This document shows, in pieces, positions 1 to 9,147 of a stretch of 64,000 bases of DNA. Made by a program: the position numbers and the translations under genes. The stretch's first letter is position 1; each line of letters starts with the position of its first letter. Below the pieces are notes generated by a model. The model saw only the letters and a list, made by a program, of their open reading frames with translations, made no database searches and had not been told where the DNA came from. This DNA comes from Gammaproteobacteria bacterium. Lineage in GTDB: Bacteria; Pseudomonadota; Gammaproteobacteria; Enterobacterales; Aeromonadaceae. The DNA lies in contig JAAEZO010000002.1 of assembly GCA_018222825.1 (NCBI GenBank), positions 7,472-71,471 of the forward strand, written 5' to 3'.

Positions 1-727
1 TCTGCTTCATGTCGTCGTGGCTGAGGCCGTCCGGGTGAAATTCGTCGCCACAGATGCGCATGCCCACGGCAAAATCGGGACCCACTTCGGCACGAATGGC
101 CTTGAGCACTTCCAGCCCGAAGCGCATGCGGTTTTCAAAGCTGCCGCCCCATTCGTCGGTGCGCTTGTTGACCCGCGGGCTCCAGAACTGGTCGATCAGG
201 TGCTGGTGCACGGCAGACACTTCCACCCCGTCCAGGCCGCCCTCTTTGGCCCGACGCGCGGCCTGGGCGAAGTCGCCGATGATGCGTTCGATGTCTTCGG
301 GCTCGATGGTCTTGCAGGTGGCACGGTGCACCGGCTCGCGAATGCCGCTCGGGCTTAGCAGCGTAGTCCAGTTATAGCCGTCCCAGCGGGAACGCCGCCC
401 CATATGGGTGATCTGAATCATGATCTTGGCCCCATGCTTGTGCATGGCGTCAGACAGGTTCTTGAAATGGGGAATAATACGATCGGTCGTCAGATTGACC
501 GAACTCCACCATTCCTGCGGGCTGTCGATGGACACCACGCTGGAGCCGCCACAGATGGCCAGCCCGAGGCCGCCCTTGGCCTTTTCCTCATAGTATTTGA
601 CGTAACGCTCTGTGGTCATGCCGCCGTCGGTGGCGTGCACCTCGGCATGGGCCGTGCTCACCACCCGATTGCGAATGGTGAGCTTGTTGATGTTCATGGG
701 TTGAAACAAGGCGTCGAACTGTCCCAT
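1..727 (-). CDS. dgcA: Dimethylglycine demethylation flavoprotein DgcA (OYE / NADH:flavin oxidoreductase family), 5' part; runs off the window
   Basis: Absent from the ORF track; manual translation from ATG at 727 gives MGQFDALFQPMNINKLTIRNRVVSTAHAEV...YYEEKAKGG...QITHMGRR...HQHLIDQFWSPRVNKRTDEWGGSFENRMRF. The order dipeptidase-4VR-dgcA matches Pseudomonas betaine loci. Confidence 0.9.
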   Translation of the reverse strand, partial: MGQFDALFQPMNINKLTIRNRVVSTAHAEVHATDGGMTTERYVKYYEEKAKGGLGLAICGGSSVVSIDSPQEWWSSVNLTTDRIIPHFKNLSDAMHKHGAKIMIQITHMGRRSRWDGYNWTTLLSPSGIREPVHRATCKTIEPEDIERIIGDFAQAARRAKEGGLDGVEVSAVHQHLIDQFWSPRVNKRTDEWGGSFENRMRFGLEVLKAIRAEVGPDFAVGMRICGDEFHPDGLSHDDMKQ

Positions 728-833
728 CCTGGAATCCTCTTGTACATGCTGCGGGCCCTCGTTCCGGGCCGCCGAAAATGAAAACCTGCTCGCGTTGAGC
801 GCCTGCTGTTGCCGTTACTCCCGCATTCTCTTT

Positions 834-934
834 CGTCACTCCCGCGTAGGCGGGAGTCCATGCATTTCTGCAAACCGGCGTTGTTGCCGAACCGGTGCTC
901 CATGCTCTGGATACCCGCCTTCGCGGGTATGACG
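834..934. repeat. REP-like palindromic intergenic element (two inverted ~27-bp arms, each a small hairpin)
   Basis: Left arm CGTCACTCCCGCGTAGGCGGGAGTCCA; the reverse complement of the right arm (908-934) is CGTCATACCCGCGAAGGCGGGTATCCA. Confidence 0.8.
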
Positions 935-946
935 TGTTGGGGGGCC

Positions 947-1477
947 TTACAGCGGGCTCACCTCGAACAGGCCGTAATCACAGCCGGTCTGGGCGCCGCT
1001 CTGGGTCTGGCGGGCGACGGTGCGCACCGACAGTCCCAGGCTTTCGGCAATCTGGTCTATTGCACCGGCAAACCAGCCGGTAAACATGTAATCCACCATG
1101 CGATCCACCTTGCCGTACTGATAGACGAAGGCGGAATGATCGAGCCGTACCCGCGCGGTGCCGGCGGCGATGTCCAGATTTTCGATGCTAAACAGACCCC
1201 AGCCACGCTGAGACAGCCGCTTCATGTAATGCTCAAACACCGCATCACCGCTGATACCGTGGCATTCGGCCTCTTTCTCGCACCAGTGCCAGGCAGACTT
1301 GTAGCCGGCCGGGTACAGGATCTCGGCATAACGCTCGGGGCCCAGCTCTTTCTCGATGGCCATGTGGTTGTTGACGAAAAAGTGACGCGGCACATAGAGC
1401 ATGGGCAGGGCGTCTGTGGTCCAGATGCCGGTATCGGCGTCCACTTCAATCGGCATTTCCGGTGCATGTACTGACAT
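947..1477 (-). CDS. 4-vinyl reductase (V4R/4VR) domain protein of the dgc operon
   Basis: 176 aa, GIWTTDALPMLYVPRHFFVNNH...LSQRGWG...FTGWFAGA; lies between the dipeptidase and dgcA. Confidence 0.85.
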   Translation of the reverse strand: MSVHAPEMPIEVDADTGIWTTDALPMLYVPRHFFVNNHMAIEKELGPERYAEILYPAGYKSAWHWCEKEAECHGISGDAVFEHYMKRLSQRGWGLFSIENLDIAAGTARVRLDHSAFVYQYGKVDRMVDYMFTGWFAGAIDQIAESLGLSVRTVARQTQSGAQTGCDYGLFEVSPL

Positions 1478-1507
1478 TGTGATTCTCCCTACTTCCTTGT
1501 TTATTGC

Positions 1508-2488
1508 TTATGCGCCCCAGACGTCTTTCAGCACGCGCATCCAGTTACCACCCATCACCTTTTCCACCTGACGCGGCGAGAAACCATGTCGCAGCAGCGC
1601 GTCGGTCAGGTTGGGGAATTCACCGATGGTACGAATACCCTCGGGGTTGATGATGTCGCCGAAGCGGGTAAGACGACGGGCATAGCCCTTGTCGTGGGTC
1701 AGCCATTCGAAGAAATTCTGATCGTGGCCCTGAGTAAAGTCGGTACCGATGCCGATGGCATCTTCACCGACCAATTCCATCACATAGGCGATGGCCTCGA
1801 CGTAATCGTCGATGGTGGAATTGATGCCGTTCTTCAGGAAGGGGGCAAACATGGTGACGCCGACAAAACCGCCGTGATCGGCGATGAAGCGCAGCTCTTC
1901 GTCGGACTTGTTGCGCGGGTGATCTTTCAGACCGGCCGGCAGACAGTGGGAGTAGCACACCGGCTTTTTCGACTCCAGAATCACTTCCTGGGAGGTCTGG
2001 GCGCCCACGTGGGACAGATCACACATGATGCCGACCCGGTTCATCTCGGCCACCACCTCGCGGCCAAAGCCGGACAGGCCGCCGTCGCGCTCGTAGCAGC
2101 CGGTGCCCACCAGGTTCTGGGTGTTGTAGGCCATCTGCACTATGCCCACGCCCAGCTGCTTGAAGATTTCCACATAACCCAGTTGGTCTTCGAAGGCATG
2201 CGCATTCTGAAAACCGAGGATCACGCCGGTGCGGCCCTCTTCCTTGGCTTTGAGAATATCGGCGGTGGTGCGCACCGGACGGATCAGATCGGCGTGCTCC
2301 TGAAAGTGGCGGTTGAAGGCGGCAATGTTGTTGACCGTACCCTGAAACCCTTCCCATACCGATACCGTACAGTTGGCGGCGGTCAAGCCACCACGACGCA
2401 TGTCCTCAAACAGTTCCCGCCCCCAGTTGGCGATGATCAGGCCGTCAATCACGACCGCTTGATGATGTAATTCAGCTGCATTTTGCAT
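1508..2488 (-). CDS. Membrane dipeptidase (M19) family protein of the dgc operon
   Basis: Motifs VIDGL, DLSHVG, YSH and IGIGTDF. Start moved to ATG 2488, which has a GAAGGAAG RBS-like sequence upstream. Confidence 0.88.
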   Translation of the reverse strand: MQNAAELHHQAVVIDGLIIANWGRELFEDMRRGGLTAANCTVSVWEGFQGTVNNIAAFNRHFQEHADLIRPVRTTADILKAKEEGRTGVILGFQNAHAFEDQLGYVEIFKQLGVGIVQMAYNTQNLVGTGCYERDGGLSGFGREVVAEMNRVGIMCDLSHVGAQTSQEVILESKKPVCYSHCLPAGLKDHPRNKSDEELRFIADHGGFVGVTMFAPFLKNGINSTIDDYVEAIAYVMELVGEDAIGIGTDFTQGHDQNFFEWLTHDKGYARRLTRFGDIINPEGIRTIGEFPNLTDALLRHGFSPRQVEKVMGGNWMRVLKDVWGA

Positions 2489-2580
2489 GGCCAGAGCTTC
2501 CTTCAATGAATGTGGCAGGTGACATGGTGACCACCGGATTCAGAGGCAGTCTAGCCCGCGGCCATGTTCACCCGCTGGCT

Positions 2581-2610
2581 GAAAACGACGAGCACATAGC
2601 CAAAAACGTC
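2581..2610 (-). promoter_or_regulatory. Candidate AraC-type (GbdR) direct-repeat operator for the dipeptidase-4VR-dgcA operon
   Basis: GAAAACGAC (2581) and AAAAACGTC (2602) are 21 bp apart; GAAAACGAC recurs upstream of gbcA. Confidence 0.5.
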
Positions 2611-2630
2611 ACGTCTGGCGACCGACGTCA

Positions 2631-2660
2631 AAAAGTAAAAAGCCCCGCAGGGCGGGGCTT
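2631..2660 (-). terminator. Rho-independent terminator after the gbdR-like gene
   Basis: AAGCCCCGC-agg-GCGGGGCTT stem followed by a T-run on the minus strand. Confidence 0.75.
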
Positions 2661-2687
2661 GTCGAATAGGGGCTGTGTCGGTCGGCG

Positions 2688-3734
2688 TTACAGGGTCACC
2701 GAGGCGAAGGTGGGCTCTCCCCGCGCCGAGTCCAGCTGAATATCAATCACCAGATCGGCCAAAGGCACCATCACCGGCTTGCGGGCAGAACGGCCACAAC
2801 GGTCGTCGCGCGGCGGCACCCCGAAATTCTCCCGATAGCACTTGCTGAAATGGGGGGTCGACACAAAACCGCAGGCGGTGGCGATGTCGATAATCGACAG
2901 CGAGGTCTGGCGCAACAATTGCTGGGCCCGTTTCAGCCGGAGGTTGAGATAATAACGGGAAGGCGAACATTTCACGTGTCGCTGAAACAAACGCTCCACC
3001 TGCCGCCGGGACAGCCCCACGTAACAGGCCAGTTCATCCAGGGTGATCGGCTCTTCCAAGTTGGCTTCCATCAGCGCCGCCACTTCGGCCAGCTTGGGCT
3101 GGGTGGTGCCCACCATATGGCGCAGTGGCACTCGCTGCTCTTCCTGCCCCTCGCGAATGCGTTCACACAGAAACATGTCGCAGATGGCGGTGCTCAGGGC
3201 ACTGGAATGTTCTTTCTCGATCAGGTGCAGCATCATGTCCATCGGCACCGTGCCGCCGCTGCTGGTCAGTCGTTCCCGATCGATACAGTAAAGAGCACTG
3301 CTGGTTTCGAGCTGGGGAAAGGCTTCCTTGAACGAGGCCATGTATTCCCAGTGCAGGGTACAGCGATAGCCGGTCAGTACACCGGCATCGGCCAGCAGAT
3401 AACTACCGGTACAAACGGCGCCGAGTTTGATCCGCCGCCGGGCGATCTGCTGCAGCCAGATACGCAGGTTGCGACTGCGGGCATTAATCACCCCGACTCC
3501 GCCACAGACAATCATCATGTCCAGATGACCGCAGTCCTGAATGCTGTGATCCGGAGTCACCAGCATATGATCGCTGGCCCGCACCGGTGCTCCGGTTTCG
3601 GTCAGCATCACCCATTCGTAGAGTGACTTGCCCGACAGCTGATTGGCCATGCGCAGAGGCTCGATGGCCGAGGCCAGAGAAATCATGGTGAAATTATCCA
3701 CCAGTAGGAAACCGACACGTTGTGTTTGACTCAT
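2688..3734 (-). CDS. gbdR: GlxA-family (GATase-like + AraC) transcriptional regulator, GbdR-like
   Basis: N-terminal FTMISLASAIEPLRMANQL and AVCTGSYLLA; C-terminal AraC HTH (LSRRQVERLF, ACGFVSTPHFSKCYR); located in a betaine catabolism cluster. Confidence 0.8.
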   Translation of the reverse strand: MSQTQRVGFLLVDNFTMISLASAIEPLRMANQLSGKSLYEWVMLTETGAPVRASDHMLVTPDHSIQDCGHLDMMIVCGGVGVINARSRNLRIWLQQIARRRIKLGAVCTGSYLLADAGVLTGYRCTLHWEYMASFKEAFPQLETSSALYCIDRERLTSSGGTVPMDMMLHLIEKEHSSALSTAICDMFLCERIREGQEEQRVPLRHMVGTTQPKLAEVAALMEANLEEPITLDELACYVGLSRRQVERLFQRHVKCSPSRYYLNLRLKRAQQLLRQTSLSIIDIATACGFVSTPHFSKCYRENFGVPPRDDRCGRSARKPVMVPLADLVIDIQLDSARGEPTFASVTL

Positions 3735-4058
3735 AACGATTGCTCCTGGTCCCAGCGCTGCCGCATTCGGAACTCATATTGACACGATGACCATTCAATA
3801 ACGGCGTCTTTCATTTACAACACAAATACAAATATTTAAAAATCTTATAACACAAACCGGCTTTTAAAAAGCTCGATTATCGGTCGTTATTTGGTGTTCG
3901 GTGACCACTTGTGACAAAGCGACAATAATCCCGGCATTTCGCCGGTCTCAACCGGGCTGCCTGCCGTTCATAACCTTCGAAAAAGTAATGAAATACAGTC
4001 TCTTCCCGATATTAAAGAGCAATATATGCGCCACTTTTAATGACTGCTTAAAAAATAA

Positions 4059-4095
4059 AAAAACCTCGCCAAACAGCCGTTTGAGCGAGGTTTTT
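4059..4095 (-). terminator. Terminator downstream of the BCCT transporter
   Basis: AAAAACCTCGC...GCGAGGTTTTT inverted repeat followed by a T-run on the minus strand. Confidence 0.65.
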
Positions 4096-4208
4096 CAGGC
4101 AATAAATGGCCCGGGTCGGCCTGCGGACCACCGCAAGGTGCCAAACCCGGGCAAACCTGCCCCAAAACGGGGCAGCAAACACGGGGAGTCGGTGCTCCCC
4201 TTTTGGCG

Positions 4209-5813
4209 TCAGGAGGTCGGAGGCACCTTGATCGGCGCATCAAGGGTCACCGGCTGCCCAATCGGCACTTCCCGATGCAGGGCACGGTACAGGCCCCACA
4301 TCATCACCAGAATGACGAACGAGAACGGAAACGCCGCGATAATAGCCGCGGTCTGCAACGCCTTGAGTCCACCGGCCAGCATCAGAATCGCCGCCACCGC
4401 CGCCACCGCCATGCTCCATATCACCCGCTGAAGCCGGGGCGGATGTTCATTGCCCAGCGACAATATGGTGGTCACCACCAGGGTGCCCGAGTCGGCCGAG
4501 GTGATGAAATACAGCGCCACCAGCAGCGTCGCCAGCATGGCGGCCAGGTTGCCCATGATGCCGCTGTCCAGCAGCGCCAGGGTCGAATACAGCGCCGAGG
4601 TAACATCTTCTCCCACCGCCGTCACCACACCGGCCTGCCCCACGGCCGCCACCACTTCTCCGGCGGCATTGGTGACCGTGTGATTCAGCTCAAGATACAG
4701 CGCCGTGCCCCCGAACAGGGTCAGCCAGAGCATGCCCAGCAGGGTCGGCACCAGCAAAACCCCGCAGATAAACTCCCTTACGGTGCGCCCCTTGGAAATT
4801 CGGGCGATAAACATGCCGACAAAGGGCGACCAGGACATCCACCAGGCCCAGTAGAACACGGTCCACCAGGACTGCCACTGGCCGTCCTCACTGGCATCGG
4901 TCCAGGTGCTGAGTGCCACCACATGGGTCAGGTAGTCGCCAATGCCCTGCACATAGCTCTGCAACAGATAGCGGGTGGGTCCGTAATAAAGCAGAAACAG
5001 CAGAATGGCGGCGGTAAACCACATATTGGCAACCGACAGCCACTTCACGCCCCGGCCCAGACCGGACAGCACCGACAGGGTCGCGATCAGCGAAATCACC
5101 ACGATGAGTATCAGCTGATTGCCGGTGCCGACTTCCATACCGAACAGGGTGTTCAGACCGGTATTGATCTGCGCCACGCCCAGGCCAAGCGAGGTTGCCA
5201 CCCCGAAGATGGTGCCGAATACCGCCAGGGTATCCACGGTGTGTCCCATCCAGCCGTAGATGCGGTCACCAATCAGAGGATAGAGTGCAGAACGAATGGT
5301 CAGTGGCAGCTTCTTGCGGTAGCAAAAATAGGCCAGCGACAACCCCACCACCACATAAATGGCCCAGGGATGCAGACCCCAGTGAAAAAAGGTCAGCCGC
5401 ATCGCCACTTCCGCCGCCTGCGGCGTCATGCCCGTACCGATAAAGGGGTTGATCTGGAAATGATAGATGGGCTCGGCAATGGACCAGAACACCAGCCCGA
5501 TACCCATGCCCGCGCTGAACAGCATGGCAAACCAGGAAAACAGGCTGTATTCCGGCCGGGTGTCATCGTCTCCAAGTCGCAGATTGCCAAAACGGCTGAA
5601 TGCCAGTACCACACAAAACAACAGCATCAATGCCACTATGGCAATGTAATACCATTTAAAGTGGTTGAGAATGTCTCCCGACAGGCGGTCAAACCATGAC
5701 GCCGCCACATCGGGGAATAAGCTCCCTCCCAATACAAACAGGGTAACGATAATCATGGAACTGATCGTCGCCGCCGGGCTCATTCCTTTCAAAAGTCCAT
5801 CTTTGCCTAACAT
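4209..5813 (-). CDS. BCCT family betaine/choline/carnitine transporter
   Basis: SWFAMLFSAGMGIGLVFW, FFHWGLHPWAIY and WTVFYWAWWMSWSPFVGMFIARISKGRT signatures. Confidence 0.93.
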   Translation of the reverse strand: MLGKDGLLKGMSPAATISSMIIVTLFVLGGSLFPDVAASWFDRLSGDILNHFKWYYIAIVALMLLFCVVLAFSRFGNLRLGDDDTRPEYSLFSWFAMLFSAGMGIGLVFWSIAEPIYHFQINPFIGTGMTPQAAEVAMRLTFFHWGLHPWAIYVVVGLSLAYFCYRKKLPLTIRSALYPLIGDRIYGWMGHTVDTLAVFGTIFGVATSLGLGVAQINTGLNTLFGMEVGTGNQLILIVVISLIATLSVLSGLGRGVKWLSVANMWFTAAILLFLLYYGPTRYLLQSYVQGIGDYLTHVVALSTWTDASEDGQWQSWWTVFYWAWWMSWSPFVGMFIARISKGRTVREFICGVLLVPTLLGMLWLTLFGGTALYLELNHTVTNAAGEVVAAVGQAGVVTAVGEDVTSALYSTLALLDSGIMGNLAAMLATLLVALYFITSADSGTLVVTTILSLGNEHPPRLQRVIWSMAVAAVAAILMLAGGLKALQTAAIIAAFPFSFVILVMMWGLYRALHREVPIGQPVTLDAPIKVPPTS

Positions 5814-6115
5814 AGGACAAGGTCTCCGTCGGATTAGTCAACATCTTGCAGTAACCGAAGACCAACCGTCCTGAAGGCCCCCGGCTTACCGGAACAGTGC
5901 CTGCCCATAACGACCGGTGTTCATCGTGATGGGCAAAAACCGAACGCCATCACAACAGGTATGCCCTGGTCGGAGTTTGCCCGATACGACACCCCTTTAT
6001 GCCTGTGCGCCTTGTTAGCCCGATAGCATTCTGAATGCGACATCCGGCCTCATGAACCCTTGCCGAGCAACAGCCAGCCCAATAGGCTGTCACCACAGCT
6101 ACCGAGGAGGACACC

Positions 6116-6370
6116 GTGATGATGATTGCCGAGCTGATGGATCAGGATGATTTTCGCGTCCAGCTGCAGGCCTGGGGCCTCGAGGGAACACACTCGCTGA
6201 CGCTGGCGGAATGCAGTAACAGGCTGAGCGAGGCGTTGGCAGGTCCGGAGCAGGCGTTATGGCAAGCGCGACTGGCATCGCTACTGGTAAGGAGAGAGCT
6301 GTTGCATCCCGAGGTACAGGCGGTGCTGGACGCCTGCGTGAGAATGACGGCAGAAGATCAGCCAGAATGA
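6116..6370 (+). CDS. Small hypothetical protein convergent with gbcA
   Basis: 84 aa with a strong GAGGAGG RBS; a shared hairpin follows at about 6373-6398. Confidence 0.65.
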   Translation: MMMIAELMDQDDFRVQLQAWGLEGTHSLTLAECSNRLSEALAGPEQALWQARLASLLVRRELLHPEVQAVLDACVRMTAEDQPE

Positions 6371-6372
6371 CG

Positions 6373-6398
6373 AAGGGGAGCCGATGGCTCCCCTCTTT
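6373..6398. terminator. Probable bidirectional terminator
   Basis: GGGGAGCC-gat-GGCTCCCC stem between convergent genes. Confidence 0.6.
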
Positions 6399-6407
6399 GA
6401 GTTCCCC

Positions 6408-7682
6408 TTACTCGGGAATTTTAACGGCCAGAGTCTGACCAGTGGCGTGAGCGATAAAGGCATCCGCATACCAGTCGATAAAGTTCACCACGCCAAACTC
6501 GTAGGTCGGTGAATAGGGCCCCGGCTCATAGGCCACGGAGTTGATGCCCCGCTGATTTTCTTCCGCCAGGGTTCGGTCCTGGGCGTTGGTGGCATCCCAT
6601 ACTCGACGCAGTTTTTCCACATCGTAATCGACGCCTTCCACCGCGTCTTTATGCACCACCCATTTGGTAATGACCTTGGTCTTCTGCGGGCCGATTGGCA
6701 CCACCTGAAAGGTGACCAGGTGATCACTCTGGCCGTGGTTCCAGGAATTGGGCAGATGCAGGATGCGCAGCGAGCCCAGTTCCCGGTTCTTGACCCGGCC
6801 CAGGGTTTTCTCGCAGGCGTGGCTGCCGTCGATGGTCATGGCCACCTTGCCCTCGGCCAGCGGCATGCGCACCATGCGGTTGCGCAAGCCGAATGACACA
6901 TGATGATGGGGAATGTTCTCCGCATCCCACTGCTCGCCCATGCGCGCCACATGGGCCTTGAAGGCGTCGGTGGCACGGGGATCCGTGGTGTCGTCGAATT
7001 CCAGCAGGGTGTTGAGCAACTCGGGATGAGAACCGTTGCAGTGATAGCATTCCCGATTGTTTTCAATCACCAGTTTCCAGTTGGCGTCTTCGACGATTTC
7101 CGACTGCACCGCCACCTTGGCGTTGTCCAGGTCGTAGGGCTCCAGATAACGCTCCAGCTCCGCCAGAAAGTCATCGATGACCGGCGGGTTGTCGGCCAGG
7201 CTGATGAAGATGTAACCGCCGGCGGTTTTGGTATGTACCTGCTTCAGCGGAAAGTCGGCCTTGTCGAAGCTGTCGCCCATGTCGTTACCGGCATAAAGCA
7301 GCTTGCCGTCCAGCTCGTAGGTCCACTGATGGTAGGGACAGACCAGCTTGGCCACCTTGCCTTTTTTCGAGGTACAGAGACGTGATCCCCGGTGGCGACA
7401 GACATTGTGAAAAGCCTGAATACCCTGCTTGTTGCGCACCAGGGTAATGGGATTGCTGCCCACCTCCAGAGTCATGAAATTACCCACGGCCGGAAGCTCG
7501 CAAGTCAGGCCGACAAACAGCCATTCCTTGCAGAAGATCTGCTCCATGTCGGCGGCAAAAATCTCGGGGCTGTTATAAAACGCCTGCGGTAGAGAATAGC
7601 CGGGACGGCGATGCTGCAACCTCTGCACCGCGTCGGTCAACCCGTGTACGGTAGCGATCACTGCGGTATTGGTCTGCTCCAT
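6408..7682 (-). CDS. gbcA: Glycine betaine demethylase, Rieske oxygenase subunit
   Basis: Rieske CRH...CPYH motif; mononuclear Fe site NWKLVIENNRECYHCNGSHPEL; start at ATG 7682; divergent from the reductase. Confidence 0.9.
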   Translation of the reverse strand: MEQTNTAVIATVHGLTDAVQRLQHRRPGYSLPQAFYNSPEIFAADMEQIFCKEWLFVGLTCELPAVGNFMTLEVGSNPITLVRNKQGIQAFHNVCRHRGSRLCTSKKGKVAKLVCPYHQWTYELDGKLLYAGNDMGDSFDKADFPLKQVHTKTAGGYIFISLADNPPVIDDFLAELERYLEPYDLDNAKVAVQSEIVEDANWKLVIENNRECYHCNGSHPELLNTLLEFDDTTDPRATDAFKAHVARMGEQWDAENIPHHHVSFGLRNRMVRMPLAEGKVAMTIDGSHACEKTLGRVKNRELGSLRILHLPNSWNHGQSDHLVTFQVVPIGPQKTKVITKWVVHKDAVEGVDYDVEKLRRVWDATNAQDRTLAEENQRGINSVAYEPGPYSPTYEFGVVNFIDWYADAFIAHATGQTLAVKIPE

Positions 7683-7790
7683 GTCTGCTGCTTCCTTTGC
7701 TGTTGAAGTTGAACGGTGTGTCCCGAACACCCGGGGAGGAACCCCACCGCAAGCGCCATTCTCGTCAAGGTTGGTCACAAATGATTATCT

Positions 7791-7900
7791 GAAAACGACC
7801 CGTCTATCGTTGATTTCCGACCTGCCCGCCCCCGCGACAGCCGCCCACTAGCGGCGCATGCGCAAAAAACGGGGCTGGCGGATAACTGCGTGTCGTTTCT
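7791..7900. promoter_or_regulatory. Divergent gbcA/gbcB promoter region with candidate GbdR half-sites
   Basis: GAAAACGAC (7791) and TTTCCGAC (7814-7821) face gbcA; TGTCGTTTCT (7891) faces gbcB. Confidence 0.45.
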
Positions 7901-7972
7901 GGGCAACTGCCAATTCTGAAAGTGCTCAAGAATGCCGGTATCGAGCAGCAGGATCCCAGACGGAGCACAGCG

Positions 7973-9079
7973 ATGAATCAGGACTTTATCTCACCCATCA
8001 ATACCCAGACATGGAGCAACGGGCGTCATCCGGTACGGTGCGTCCGGGTCATACAGGAAACCTGGGATGTCAGGACCTTCTGCTTTACCGCAGAAAGCCC
8101 CCTGCTGTTCTTCTTCAAGCCCGGGCAGTTCGTTACTCTTGAGCTGGAAATAGCAGGTCAGACGGTGATGCGCAGCTACACCATCGCTTCCTCTCCTTCC
8201 GTGCCCTACAGCTTCTCCATTACCGTCAAGCGGGTGCCCGGCGGCGAAGTCTCCAACTGGCTGCACGACAACCTCAATGAAGGGGATGCGCTGGCGGTCC
8301 ATGGCCCGGTCGGCAACTTCAACTGTATCGACTTCCCCAATGAGAAAGTGCTGCTGCTGTCCGGCGGCGTCGGCATTACCCCGGTGATGTCGATGGCGCG
8401 CTGGTGGTTCGACACCAATGCCGACGTGGACATCCACTTCGTGCACAGTGCCCGTACCCCCAAGGATCTGGTGTTCTACCGGGAGTTGCAGCACATGGAC
8501 TCGCGGCTGAATAACATCCACCTCAGCCTGATCTGCGAGCGCACCGACATCGGCGAAACCTGGAGTGGCTTCAAGGGCTACCTGAACGGTTCCATGCTGG
8601 CACTGATCGCCCCGGACTTCATGGAGCGGGAAATCTTCTGCTGTGGTCCCAATCCCTACATGCGGGCGGTACGCACCCTGCTCGAAAACAGCGGCTTTCC
8701 GATGGACCATTACCACGAGGAAAGCTTCGGCGCGACGCCGACGGATGTGGCCGAAGACGTTGAAGAGCAGGCGCGCGATGCGGTCGAGCTGGCCGAGGAG
8801 CTGGAGCGTACCGAAGACCGGCTGACGGTGTCGTTTCAGGGCAGTGATCTGCAGGTGGAAATACTGCCGGGCGAAACCCTGCACAGCGCCGCCGCCCAGG
8901 TGGGGCTGCACATTCCCAAGGCCTGCGGCATGGGCATCTGCGGCACCTGCAAGGTGCAGGTGTTGAAAGGCGACGTCACCATGGAGCACAACGGCGGTAT
9001 CACCGACGAGGATATTGCCGACGGTTATGTGCTGAGCTGTTGCAGTGTGCCCCAGGGCAATGTGGAAGTGGCGTTCTAG
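7973..9079 (+). CDS. gbcB: Glycine betaine demethylase, flavin/2Fe-2S reductase subunit
   Basis: RSYTIAS FAD motif, GGVGITP, CGP, and a C-terminal CGMGICGTC...C ferredoxin; start ATG 7973 with GGAG RBS. Confidence 0.9.
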   Translation: MNQDFISPINTQTWSNGRHPVRCVRVIQETWDVRTFCFTAESPLLFFFKPGQFVTLELEIAGQTVMRSYTIASSPSVPYSFSITVKRVPGGEVSNWLHDNLNEGDALAVHGPVGNFNCIDFPNEKVLLLSGGVGITPVMSMARWWFDTNADVDIHFVHSARTPKDLVFYRELQHMDSRLNNIHLSLICERTDIGETWSGFKGYLNGSMLALIAPDFMEREIFCCGPNPYMRAVRTLLENSGFPMDHYHEESFGATPTDVAEDVEEQARDAVELAEELERTEDRLTVSFQGSDLQVEILPGETLHSAAAQVGLHIPKACGMGICGTCKVQVLKGDVTMEHNGGITDEDIADGYVLSCCSVPQGNVEVAF

Positions 9080-9112
9080 GTCGAGGGGATAGACGACAGA
9101 TCCTCTCGTTTT

Positions 9113-9144
9113 GCCCGAGCCGGCAACCCGGCTCGGGCTTTTTT
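9113..9144 (+). terminator. Rho-independent terminator (probably bidirectional)
   Basis: GCCCGAGCCGG-caac-CCGGCTCGGGC followed by TTTTTT. Confidence 0.85.
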
Positions 9145-9147
9145 GGT

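Noticed and set aside
3901-4243. ORFs in the gbdR-BCCT spacer
   Set aside because: They cross a terminator and promoter DNA and have no recognisable motifs.
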